A stretch of DNA of 20,000 bases from an uncultured virus (IMG/VR IMGVR_UViG_3300010391_000110) (lineage: Duplodnaviria > Heunggongvirae > Uroviricota > Caudoviricetes). The notes beneath the pieces are model-generated. The model searched no databases. It was not told the origin of the DNA and was given only the letters and a program-made list of their open reading frames with translations. This document shows, piece after piece, positions 8,456 to 16,543 of this stretch (the first letter of the stretch is position 1; each line of letters begins with the position of its first letter). Both the position numbers and the translations under genes were made by a program. The stretch is taken from the IMG/VR virus record IMGVR_UViG_3300010391_000110. One strand, 5' to 3'.

Positions 8456-9406
8456 ATGTTCGATAGAGGCTTCGTCCGCTCGCCCTGGGGGCCCCAACCC
8501 CGCCAGGTGCCGGTGCGCCTGGGCGCGATCGAACTGATCGAGCTCGGCCGCGTGCGCCCGCGCCCTCTGATGGGCAGGCGCGGTCCCATGCTCGGACAGC
8601 TTGACGGCTGCATCATCCCGGGCACCAAACTTCGCCCCCGCTTCGACACGAACTGGGGCGGGACCGGGGCGTGCGGGAACACCTGGATGGACACGTCGAA
8701 TATCAGCCTTCCGGACTGCGTCCAGGCGCCGCCGGGCTACCCGGGGCTCCCCGCGCAGGGTGGCTGGATCCCGCCGGACTGCGGCGCTGCACCGCCGCCA
8801 GAGGAGCCGCCTCCACCCCCGCCGCCGCCCCCTTCCGGCGAATGCGTCAACTGGGTGAAGACGGGTCACATGGAGGAAGACGCCGGCGGCCAGCCGAAAT
8901 GCTTCGATATGTTCCAGTGTTCGGACAACCCGTCCGTCGAGAAGCAGGAGGAGGTCCCCTGCATTCCAACGTCTCCGCCTCCGACCGGGCCGACGGATCA
9001 ACCCATCCCTTCCTGCTGCAAGCAGATAGAAGCAGGCGGCATAAGCTGCGAGTTTCCAGCCCAAGGCTTTTCGGATTACACGAGCGATCAGCTCACCCCG
9101 GAAGTGCTGGCCATGATCGAGGCGCAGTGCGCCCCACCTCCGGAGACGCCGCCGCCGTCACCCCCTCCGACGCCTCCACCCGACTATTACGGCGGTGGTG
9201 GGATCCCGACGCAGCCGATGCCGCTCCCGACCGGGGACGTCTTCCGGCCCGCGCAGGCGATGCCGCTCCCCACGCGCGGCCCCGGACAATTCATGACGAG
9301 AGCCTTCCCCTGCGGAAGCAAGCCGCCCATCAGCGTCCGAAACCTAAGGACCGAGACGACGCCGTCCAGGCCGGACCTCTGGCAGGATCAATGGACCCGG
9401 ATTTGA
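8456..9406 (+). CDS. Pro/Cys-rich modular protein (possible structural or surface protein)
   Basis: 316 aa: Arg-rich leader, three 4-Cys modules separated by Pro-rich linkers, and a duplicated Q.MPLPT in the tail. Confidence 0.7.
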   Translation: MFDRGFVRSPWGPQPRQVPVRLGAIELIELGRVRPRPLMGRRGPMLGQLDGCIIPGTKLRPRFDTNWGGTGACGNTWMDTSNISLPDCVQAPPGYPGLPAQGGWIPPDCGAAPPPEEPPPPPPPPPSGECVNWVKTGHMEEDAGGQPKCFDMFQCSDNPSVEKQEEVPCIPTSPPPTGPTDQPIPSCCKQIEAGGISCEFPAQGFSDYTSDQLTPEVLAMIEAQCAPPPETPPPSPPPTPPPDYYGGGGIPTQPMPLPTGDVFRPAQAMPLPTRGPGQFMTRAFPCGSKPPISVRNLRTETTPSRPDLWQDQWTRI

Positions 9407-9421
9407 CGAGGAGACGCATCC

Positions 9422-9598
9422 ATGGCAAAACCATCGAAGGGCAAGAAGCGGCCGTATCCGGCGCATCTCCAGGCGTGGAACAAGTGCTGGAAGGAGATCG
9501 GCGTGTGCCCCCTGACCGACAAGGTGACGGCCGCCGACAAGGTCAAGGCCAGGGCCTGTGTGGAGCGGAAACTCGGAAAAAAGGCCAAGAAGGCGTAG
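9422..9598 (+). CDS. Small Lys-rich basic protein (58 aa), not in the ORF track
   Basis: GAGGAG RBS at ~9408-9413. Hand translation: MAKPSKGKKRPYPAHLQAWNKCWKEIGVCPLTDKVTAADKVKARACVERKLGKKAKKA*. Confidence 0.75.
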   Translation: MAKPSKGKKRPYPAHLQAWNKCWKEIGVCPLTDKVTAADKVKARACVERKLGKKAKKA

Positions 9599-9625
9599 CG
9601 CCGCTGCGCTTGCCGTGCCGACGTC

Positions 9626-10489
9626 GTGGAGTTCACGCTCTACACTTATGAACCCGTGGACGACCTTCCTCGCCTGGCGCGGAAGGGGTTCGCTCCGGGT
9701 TCGTACTTGACCAGCGACCTCGACACGGCGGTGGACGGGGCGATCAACGAGGAGGCCGAAGGCAACGGCCAGCAGGCCATCCTCGAGCTGCGCGTGCCCG
9801 AGGATCTCCTTGAGGTCTCCGATGACGACATCGAAGAGGCGATCCTTGGGGGCGACGGGGACGAGTGGGAGGAGGTCGTCGACGACCCCGCCGCTCCGCT
9901 TGATCCTGAGAAAGTGGCCGAATTCCAAGCCGGCCGCGAACAGGGGCAGGAGCAACACCGGCAGTATTCCGCTGCCGCCCAGCCCTACTGGGATCAGGTC
10001 GCCGCCGCTGAAGAGCAACTCGACGCGCTTTACGAGGCAGGATACGACGAAGACTCCCCTGAAGTGCAGGCGTTCGAGCAGGCCGTTGAGCAACTGGAGG
10101 CGGCCGCGGAAGCGCTCCGGGTACAGTACATGCCCGAAGACGAGGACGGCGACGACGAGACCCCGGAGCAGGCGGCCGCCCGCGAAGCCGCGGAAGAGGC
10201 CGAGGAGAAGGCGGAGGGGGAACGCCAGGAGCGCCGGATCAAGGAGCGCTGGCCGACGACCATCAAGGAGGCGATCGAGCTCACCGAATCGGCGACCCTG
10301 AAAGGACGCCTCGAGCCGGATCGGATCGGCGTGCGCGGGGCGCCCCTCCTGGTCTACACCGAGGAACTCACCCCGGAGGAGCAGGCGAAGGGCGTCTGGT
10401 TCAGGCTCTCCGAGGAGGCGATGCCGCTCGTCCGGTTCAAGTCCCCGTTCTGGAGGGAGTTCCTGCGGCTGCTGTTCTTCAGGAAATAA
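9626..10489 (+). CDS. Acidic protein with degenerate ADP-ribosyltransferase-like (Tpt1/KptA-like) motifs and a helical insert
   Basis: GTG start. LYTYEP.DDLPRLARKGF.P..YLTSD...AILELRVP and late LKGRLEPDRI echo the LYH.T...L..I...GL / YLT / VLEV / G.IPP..I pattern. Glu/Asp-rich middle and amphipathic C-terminus FWREFLRLLFFRK. Confidence 0.55.
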   Translation: MEFTLYTYEPVDDLPRLARKGFAPGSYLTSDLDTAVDGAINEEAEGNGQQAILELRVPEDLLEVSDDDIEEAILGGDGDEWEEVVDDPAAPLDPEKVAEFQAGREQGQEQHRQYSAAAQPYWDQVAAAEEQLDALYEAGYDEDSPEVQAFEQAVEQLEAAAEALRVQYMPEDEDGDDETPEQAAAREAAEEAEEKAEGERQERRIKERWPTTIKEAIELTESATLKGRLEPDRIGVRGAPLLVYTEELTPEEQAKGVWFRLSEEAMPLVRFKSPFWREFLRLLFFRK

Positions 10490-10491
10490 TC

Positions 10492-10947
10492 ATGAGCGTG
10501 AGATCGCCCTACGACCTGCCGGCGAAGGCGCTGGCCGACCTGGTGGCGTCCATCCAGCAGAAACTCTATCTCGAGCGGGATCCGCAGCGCACGTTCGTCT
10601 GGAACCCGGGCAAGGACATCGATTGCCAGGGCTTCGTGGAAGAGCTCGACGAGCTAATGGGGCAGAACGGCCTGCACCCGACGCACGGGCCGCAGCGCCG
10701 ACCGTTCGTTCACCGTCCGCCGGGCGTGGAATTCGAAGAGGGCGCGGAGATGTCCGGGGCATCCCGGAATCCGGAGCTGTCGATCAAGAATGGGCGCCTG
10801 ATCGGCCACGTCGCGCCCAGCTTCACGCTGGCGGACATCGTCTTTCCGCCGACCCTGACGAAGCTGACGCTGCTCAACCGTCAGGACGTGGAGGACCTCA
10901 AGGCGCTGTGCGACGAACTGCTCGAGTATCTGAGGCTAGGAGGCTGA
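10492..10947 (+). CDS. Hypothetical protein, apparently two small modules
   Basis: Starts 2 nt after the upstream stop; GC3-rich codons; two globular-looking halves joined by ...EEGAEMSGASRNP.... Confidence 0.7.
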   Translation: MSVRSPYDLPAKALADLVASIQQKLYLERDPQRTFVWNPGKDIDCQGFVEELDELMGQNGLHPTHGPQRRPFVHRPPGVEFEEGAEMSGASRNPELSIKNGRLIGHVAPSFTLADIVFPPTLTKLTLLNRQDVEDLKALCDELLEYLRLGG

Positions 10948-10949
10948 TC

Positions 10950-11321
10950 ATGGCCGCGGCAAAGAAGGACTGGCGGAGCGCATACCGTTGCGCGACCGGA
11001 AAGGGCCGTGCCGTCGTACCGGACAAGCGCGCGCGCGGGACCTGCTTCGTGGTCGAGCGGGTCCGGCGGAACGGCGACGTCGGCTTCACCACCACCCTCC
11101 ACAACCGAGCCACGGGACGGCGCGTGGCCTACTCGGCGCCGACCGAGCCCGGGAAGGGCTGTTCCGTCACCCAGGACCCCTTCCGGGCGGCGATCCGGCC
11201 CAAGGGGGGAGCCGTGGACGCCGGAGCCGGATGCGCCCGCAAGATGTCGGTCATGCCTCCGGTGCCCGTCGCGGCCGTGAAAAAGTCCGTAAAATCCCGC
11301 CGAAAGGGGCGGAAGAAGTAA
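10950..11321 (+). CDS. Basic protein with 4 Cys and a Lys/Arg tail (123 aa)
   Basis: AGGAGG RBS at ~10938-10943, ATG at 10950; MAAAKKDW...KKSVKSRRKGRKK. Confidence 0.7.
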   Translation: MAAAKKDWRSAYRCATGKGRAVVPDKRARGTCFVVERVRRNGDVGFTTTLHNRATGRRVAYSAPTEPGKGCSVTQDPFRAAIRPKGGAVDAGAGCARKMSVMPPVPVAAVKKSVKSRRKGRKK

Positions 11322-11326
11322 CTCCG

Positions 11327-11860
11327 ATGGAATCCCCCATCTACGTCGACTTCGACGAGACGCTCGCGCATCCCGACACGGATCGCCGCGGCGAGGTCAT
11401 CCGGATCATCCCAAGGCCGGGCGCCGGCGTCTTCCTGCAGCGCCTGGCGGCGATCGCGCCGGTCTACATCTTGAGCTACGCGGTGCTCGATCACGTGCGG
11501 CAGGGGCTCAAGACGCTCGGGCCGGCGGAGCGTCACGTCTCCGGCATCCTTACCCGGGAGGACCTCCAGCCGGTCATCGACCAGCTCGAGCGGATCCTTA
11601 CGGAAAATCTGCCCTCCGCGGAGCGTGAAGCCCGAATTGGACGTGTCCAGCCCATCGTGCCCTCCGGAGTGATCTTCGACGACCAGCCGGTCGGATCCTG
11701 GTATCACCTGGTCAAGTCGACGGCCACCGGAGCCGGGAATCACCTGTGGATCCGCGTGCCGGAATACGGCGGTGCCAGGCACGATGACGCTCTCGACCGG
11801 GCCTATCGGCGATTCCACCGGATCTTCGTCGGGACGGCGTTCTTGGGGGCCCGCTCATGA
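11327..11860 (+). CDS. HAD-superfamily phosphatase, NIF/FCP1-like
   Basis: ATG at 11327. Motif I IYVDFDETL (DxDET), RPGAGVFL, motif II VYILSYA and motif IV VIFDD. Confidence 0.75.
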   Translation: MESPIYVDFDETLAHPDTDRRGEVIRIIPRPGAGVFLQRLAAIAPVYILSYAVLDHVRQGLKTLGPAERHVSGILTREDLQPVIDQLERILTENLPSAEREARIGRVQPIVPSGVIFDDQPVGSWYHLVKSTATGAGNHLWIRVPEYGGARHDDALDRAYRRFHRIFVGTAFLGARS

Positions 11861-12795
11861 TCAAGCTCGGACGGGATCCCGTCGCCCTCATGCGCCTGGT
11901 CGAGGTGGACTCGATCGCGGAGGTCCACGACGCCCTGGGTGGCGCCGGGCCCGTCATGGTGGAACCCAAGTTCAACGGCTGGCTCGTCCAGATCGTGGAC
12001 GGTCGGATCTGGTCCCGGCGCGGCAAGGAGTTGACCGGGAAGCTCCCGGCGATCGCCCGTCAGGTGAAGGGTTTCCGGGGCGACCACCTCCTGGGAGAGC
12101 TCGTCTACTGGAACGAGTTCGGGATGATGGACGAACCCGCCGTCACGCACGTGGCCGGGACCAAGGACCCGGCGGAGGCCGCCAGGAAGCTCGAGGCGAT
12201 GCCCGGCAACTTCCAGATCGCCCTCTTCGACGTGATCGCGCTCGACGGACGCGACATCAGCCGGGAACCCACCGGCCGGCGCCGGGAGCGCCTCGACCGG
12301 ATGAGGATTCGGGAGACCTGGGATCTCGCGCTCTCGCCCATCTATGAGCCGGGAGAGTGGCGCAGCGTCTACGAGCAGAACGTGTGCCTGGGGGGCGACG
12401 GCATCGTTCTCAAGAATCCGGATGCGCCTTACACCTGGCGGCCGCTCGGGGAGCATGAGGCGCGCCCGTCCGGCACATGGTTCAAGCTCAAGCCCTCGTC
12501 GACCGATGACTTCGTCGTGACGGGGAGCCATCTCGGACCCAAGGGGAAGCTCATTCTCGAACTCTCCCAGTACCACCAAGGAAAGCTCGTCTTCGTGAGC
12601 GAGATGAACAACCTCTCGCGCGAGATGGAGGAGGAGTTCCGCCGGCGCCTCAAGCACGGCCCCGTGGTGGTCGAGGCCGAGTTCCAGGGCCGGTTTCCGG
12701 ACCCTCCAGGGGCGCTCCAGCACCCGCGCCTCGTCAGGATCCGAGAGGACAAGGATCCGGAGCAGGCCGAGCTGCCGGCAAGGTACGCTCCATAG
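11857..12795 (+). CDS. Minimal ATP-dependent DNA ligase (adenylation domain plus OB domain)
   Basis: Motif I EPKFNG, Ia WSRRGK, III LGELV, IIIa LFDVI, IV DGIVLK, V WFKLK and VI LQHPRLVRIREDK; 312 aa with no N-terminal DNA-binding domain. Confidence 0.9.
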   Translation: MIKLGRDPVALMRLVEVDSIAEVHDALGGAGPVMVEPKFNGWLVQIVDGRIWSRRGKELTGKLPAIARQVKGFRGDHLLGELVYWNEFGMMDEPAVTHVAGTKDPAEAARKLEAMPGNFQIALFDVIALDGRDISREPTGRRRERLDRMRIRETWDLALSPIYEPGEWRSVYEQNVCLGGDGIVLKNPDAPYTWRPLGEHEARPSGTWFKLKPSSTDDFVVTGSHLGPKGKLILELSQYHQGKLVFVSEMNNLSREMEEEFRRRLKHGPVVVEAEFQGRFPDPPGALQHPRLVRIREDKDPEQAELPARYAP

Positions 12796-12806
12796 GATCT
12801 GCCTGA

Positions 12807-13604
12807 ATGCCCAGAAAATCAGATATCCGTCCCGAGGGGAAGGTCCGGTACTCGGACCTTGACGATGTGCAGCAGATGGACGTGAGCTTCTGCATCGCTT
12901 CAAAGACAGGCGATCCGCATGAAGCAGTCCACAAGATGCTGCTTCACTACAATCCTGAGTTCCCGATCGTCTCCATCCCCCCGAAGCAACTCTGGCCACG
13001 CCATGGCTTCGACTTCATGGAAGACATGGTTCTCGAATACGCCGCACAGTGGAGGGACGGAGCCGAGTTCCCTCCGGTCGTGATCGATTCGGAGGGCGGG
13101 CGCGCGGAGCTCTGCGAGGGTGTCCACAGGACGGTCTCCGCGACTTGGGCAAAAGTGGACCGGATCAAGGCGATCGACATTGCGAAGCGCGAAGGCCCCA
13201 TGGAACTCGCCGGCGCCCGGGACCTCAAGTCCACCGGCAGGGAAACACCGGACGACTGGGTCTGGGCCTATCACGTCACAGCCGAAGCCAACCTCGATTC
13301 GATCGTTCGTGAAGGCTTGAAGCCGCAGCGCCATAAAAGCGCCCTGGACGCCCCGGTCATCTTCGTCGAGCCTGACCTGGAAGGAGTCGATCCGTACTAC
13401 ACTCGAGGCACGGTGGTCCTGCGCTTCAAGACGCCGGGCTTCGGTACGACCAAAGACGGAGAAAGCGTGATCTTTGGAGGAAGCGAACGGCCCGACGTTC
13501 CGCCGGACCCTCCGCTCGTGGGCGGCCCCGGCGAGGACGGCGTCATCCTGGCCGAGCGGATGCAGATTCCGCGTGGCCGGCACTTCAAGTGGTTGGTACA
13601 GTAG
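12807..13604 (+). CDS. ParB/Srx-like N-terminal domain fused to an ADP-ribosyltransferase-like C-terminal domain
   Basis: FPPVVID...LCEGVHRTVSA (ParB-N x-G-x-H-R motif), then AYHVTAEANLDSIVREGLKP...VIFV...VVLRF...GVILAERM (H-type ART/Tpt1-like pattern). Confidence 0.65.
   Translation: MPRKSDIRPEGKVRYSDLDDVQQMDVSFCIASKTGDPHEAVHKMLLHYNPEFPIVSIPPKQLWPRHGFDFMEDMVLEYAAQWRDGAEFPPVVIDSEGGRAELCEGVHRTVSATWAKVDRIKAIDIAKREGPMELAGARDLKSTGRETPDDWVWAYHVTAEANLDSIVREGLKPQRHKSALDAPVIFVEPDLEGVDPYYTRGTVVLRFKTPGFGTTKDGESVIFGGSERPDVPPDPPLVGGPGEDGVILAERMQIPRGRHFKWLVQ
13594..13602 (+). promoter_or_regulatory. Putative extended -10 promoter TGG-TACAGT (leaderless geometry)
   Basis: Lies 6 nt upstream of ATG 13609, which has no Shine-Dalgarno sequence. 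Confidence 0.45.
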
Positions 13605-13608
13605 ACCG

Positions 13609-13719
13609 ATGAGCAACATCATGCCCTCCGTCCCGCCGGATCCAGAGCCGGAACCCACCAGCTGGCTGCTTCGCTTGATCCGGAAAATCCTCTCGATCTT
13701 CAGGCGGGACGCATGGTGA
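13609..13719 (+). CDS. 36-aa peptide with a cationic amphipathic helix
   Basis: MSNIMPSVPPDPEPEPTSWLLRLIRKILSIFRRDAW*. Fills the gap between two genes, is preceded by a promoter-like motif, and its stop overlaps the kinase start. Confidence 0.55.
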   Translation: MSNIMPSVPPDPEPEPTSWLLRLIRKILSIFRRDAW

Positions 13720-14438
13720 TCGAACTGGTGGAGATCGAGCCCGGCTACCCGGCGCTCGAGGCGCTTACGCTGGCGATAGGAGACACGGCCGGCGAGGCGG
13801 TCTACCAGGAGATCGTCGAGCGGATCGGCGTGGAACCCGGAGAGGAGCTCGGCTCCGGCCTGAAAGGCGTGGTCTATGCCCTGGACAGGATCCGAGTCCT
13901 CAAGATCACCTCGGACGCGAGCGAACTCGACGCACTGGCCCTCATCCGAAGTAAGCCCCACAAGAACCTCGTGCGCGTGGACGACGTCTTCGTCGCCTGC
14001 TACAAACATGCCGGTGTCGGAGTGGTCGTCCGCGAGTGGGTCGGGACCGCGATGGAGAGCATGCACGGTGTCAACACACTGATCCGGGAGGTCAGCCAGG
14101 CTTCGGCCAGGGCCGAGGACTCGCTCACGGCCTACGCGCGCGAGGGCAGCAGCCTGACGGAGGCCTCCTCTCTCGCCATGCAGGATCTGGCGGACCAACT
14201 CGAAAACATCAGCATCGGAGAGCGCGAAGACAAGATCGCCCGCGGTATCCGAGACGGGATCCAGGCGCTGGCCGCCCGCGGGGTCTACGGCATCGATTTC
14301 CACCCCGGCAACATCGCCGTGGACGACCTGGGCGATGCCGTCATCTTCGACGTGGGCCTGATCCGGATGAGCGCGAGGCAGAGGCCGAAGTTCGACCGGA
14401 TCGGATGCCCGGACGACAGCATCGCGATCCGGAGATGA
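13713..14438 (+). CDS. Protein-kinase-like fold protein
   Basis: Gly loop ELGSGLKGVVY, VLKIT lysine, HKNLVRV, catalytic loop IDFHPGNI and metal-binding IFDVG. Alternative start GTG 13716. Confidence 0.8.
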   Translation: MVIELVEIEPGYPALEALTLAIGDTAGEAVYQEIVERIGVEPGEELGSGLKGVVYALDRIRVLKITSDASELDALALIRSKPHKNLVRVDDVFVACYKHAGVGVVVREWVGTAMESMHGVNTLIREVSQASARAEDSLTAYAREGSSLTEASSLAMQDLADQLENISIGEREDKIARGIRDGIQALAARGVYGIDFHPGNIAVDDLGDAVIFDVGLIRMSARQRPKFDRIGCPDDSIAIRR

Positions 14439-15192
14439 GGCTTGCCGCGATCTGCCCCGTATACAACGAGGAGGACTTGCTCCCCCACTTCCTCGACTTC
14501 TACTGCCGTCAGGTCGACACGGTCCTTCTCCTGGACAACGAGTCCACCGACCGGACGGCCGAGCTCGCCAGGGGCCGTGCGAACGTCGTCGTCTCGACGT
14601 TCAACACGGAGAACACCTTCAACGACCGGATGCAGCACGAGGAGCTCGTGAAACGGCGCGGCGAATGCGTCGGCGTCTACGACTACGTCCTCATCGTGGA
14701 CTGCGACGAGTTCGTGCTGCCGAAGGGCGGCGGAACGCTCAAGGAGTGCATCGAACGGCAGTCTCCAGCTGACGCCTACGGGACCCACGGCTTCCGGATG
14801 ATCCAGGGACCGGGCGAGGGCCAGTACAACCCTTCCGTCGGACTCCTGGAGCAGAGGCGGTGGGGGTGGAAGGCTCCCGGATGGAGTCAAAGCCGATCAT
14901 CTTCCGCCCGGGAGGCAGGGCGGTCTTCGAGCCCGGCCGCCATTACGCCCATGGCGTCGAAAGGAGGCCGGACATCGTGACCCCTCGGAAGGCGGCATTC
15001 TACCTTCTCCATTACATCGCCGTCGATGAGGAACTCTTCGTGAGAAGGCGGCTGTGCCGGATCAGACGCCTCTCCGAGGAGAGCCGGCGTAAAGGCTTCT
15101 CCGTCCATTATTTTTCGGGCGACGACGCCTCCCTGAGGAGGGACTTCCGGGACCTCCGGAGCAACCCGGCGCTGCAGAGGATGCTCCCGTGA
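14435..15192 (+). pseudogene. GT2-like (Glyco_tranf_2_4-type) glycosyltransferase with a -1 frameshift at the G5 run 14862-14866
   Basis: ATG at 14435: ICPVYNEEDLLPHFLDFY, LLDNESTDRT, VDCDEF. The continuation SKPIIFRP...FEPGRH...YLLHY is in another frame; one extra G gives ...RRWGVEGSRMESKP. Confidence 0.75.
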
Positions 15193-15259
15193 ACGGCGCG
15201 AGCCTGTCGACCCCAAAAGCCTTGTCCGCTGAATCCGTTTTGGTGTACAACATAGACGC

Positions 15260-15523
15260 ATGGCCGACCCGACCCCCGTCGCGCTCCTCAGGCTCGACTC
15301 CCGGTCCTGGGGGCCGGCCCAGTGCGAGGGCTGCGAGGACGAGGACGTCGAGGAAGTGATCCTGATGAGCAACCTGTCCCTCGTATGCCCGGTCTGCCGG
15401 ACCAAGGTGGAATTTGAAGGCCTCGACGAGCTTTTCGAACAGTATTTCACGTCGGCATCCCAAGTCCCAGCCGAACGGAAGCGCTGGGATCCAAGGCCGC
15501 GCCGCCGTCCGGGGCGCCCATGA
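15260..15523 (+). CDS. Zn-ribbon-like protein
   Basis: CEGC...CPVC pair. An AT-richer promoter-like region (TTGTCC-N18-TACAAC) lies directly upstream. Confidence 0.6.
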   Translation: MADPTPVALLRLDSRSWGPAQCEGCEDEDVEEVILMSNLSLVCPVCRTKVEFEGLDELFEQYFTSASQVPAERKRWDPRPRRRPGRP

Positions 15524-15846
15524 CGCCGAAGCGAACGAAAATCGGCAGGCAGTACAACATCGCGGAACAGATCATCCGGGAAGCGGAACGGCTCGGCCTC
15601 GACGCGATGGCGACCGGAGGCGGCAACGATTTCATCTTCAAGGGGCTTGGAGAGAACGAGGACGGGTCGGGCCGGATTGCGATCCTCGCCGCCGGAGGCG
15701 CATCCGGAAGCCCGGATCGGCTGTCTGAAAGAAGCGACGTCCTCGTCATTCTGAACGAGAACTGGACGGACCAGACCGCCATCAGCTTCAGGACGGCCGC
15801 GGAGGCGCTCGCCGTGATGTCCAGGATGTTCGACCCCTACAAGTGA
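15520..15846 (+). CDS. Hypothetical protein
   Basis: ATGA overlap with the upstream stop; protein-like composition; GC3-rich codons. Confidence 0.65.
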   Translation: MTPKRTKIGRQYNIAEQIIREAERLGLDAMATGGGNDFIFKGLGENEDGSGRIAILAAGGASGSPDRLSERSDVLVILNENWTDQTAISFRTAAEALAVMSRMFDPYK

Positions 15847-15859
15847 AGTCGGATTCGGC

Positions 15860-16093
15860 ATGGCCAACGATTTGAGGAAAGCCTTCTTCCGCACGATCAT
15901 AGAGGCACGCGAGGCCTTGGAATCGGAGAACAGGTCACCCATCATCAGGAACATCCCGACTCCCGAGTGGCTCAGAGCCTACCACGAGTATGTCGGAATG
16001 TTCCTCCTTGGAGTCGAGGCGATCACCATGCAGGATTACGAGCTCGCCAAAGGCATGATCGAGAGCTACGAAGATCGGCTGGACGCGCGATGA
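15860..16093 (+). CDS. Hypothetical helical protein (77 aa)
   Basis: Fills the gap in a co-oriented gene run; protein-like composition. Confidence 0.6.
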   Translation: MANDLRKAFFRTIIEAREALESENRSPIIRNIPTPEWLRAYHEYVGMFLLGVEAITMQDYELAKGMIESYEDRLDAR

Positions 16094-16154
16094 CCGTCGC
16101 TTGCTTTCCCTTGTGTGTAGAACGGTAGACGCCTAGACCTTGGAGGACCTCGCA

Positions 16155-16475
16155 ATGCCCGACCAGTACACCGACCGGCAGCTGACCTGCGTGGAGTGCC
16201 AGGCCGAGTTCACCTTCTCGGCCGGCGAGCAGGAGCATCATGTGACGCTTGGGTTCACGAACGAACCCAAGCGCTGCGGCCCCTGCCGCGCCGCCAGGAA
16301 GCAGCGCTCCGGCTCCGGAGGGAGCGGCAGCCGCGATGCCCGCCCCAGCCAGGGCGGTCCCAAGGAGTTCCACGTCGCCGTCTGCACCCAGTGCGGTGGG
16401 CAGGCGCGGGTGCCCTTCAAGCCGACGAACGGGAAGCCCATCTACTGCTCGGACTGCTTCGGGAAGCGCCGGTAG
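16155..16475 (+). CDS. Zinc-ribbon (zf-trcl-like) plus CxxC-x17-CxxC domain protein
   Basis: GGAGG RBS, ATG at 16155. DRQLTCVECQAEFTFSAGEQ...GFTNEPKRCGPCR, then AVCTQCGGQARVPFKPTNGKPIYCSDCF, a widespread bacterial family. Confidence 0.9.
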   Translation: MPDQYTDRQLTCVECQAEFTFSAGEQEHHVTLGFTNEPKRCGPCRAARKQRSGSGGSGSRDARPSQGGPKEFHVAVCTQCGGQARVPFKPTNGKPIYCSDCFGKRR

Positions 16476-16504
16476 CAGTTCCCGATCGCGGAACCGCGTC
16501 CGCA

Positions 16505-16513
16505 TGGTATGAT
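16505..16513 (+). promoter_or_regulatory. Putative extended -10 promoter TGG-TATGAT
   Basis: Intergenic, near-consensus -10, followed by GAGGAGG RBS (16531-16537) and ATG 16544. Confidence 0.6.
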
Positions 16514-16543
16514 CTGGCCTGGAAGCGATCGAGGAGGTACGGC

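Noticed and set aside
8790..8835. CCG-rich tandem runs (also ~9130-9182) as a DNA repeat or CRISPR-like element
   Set aside because: They encode polyproline with varied codons and have no repeat-spacer periodicity.
9593..9612. GC hairpin GCGTAGC-gcc-GCTGCGC after the 58-aa gene as a terminator
   Set aside because: 3-nt loop, one G-U pair and only two following T residues; too weak to call.
12807..13200. ParB domain as a ParABS partition system
   Set aside because: No HTH domain, no parA neighbour and no parS-like palindromes seen; only the ParB/Srx catalytic-type domain is present.
11803..14303. Long minus-strand ORFs 11803..12999 and 12900..14303
   Set aside because: Antisense shadows of the ligase, ParB/ART and kinase genes, expected in high-GC3 DNA.
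16476..16499. GTTCC...GGAAC hairpin downstream of the Zn-ribbon gene
   Set aside because: Short stem without a U-tract; not supportable as a terminator or ncRNA.
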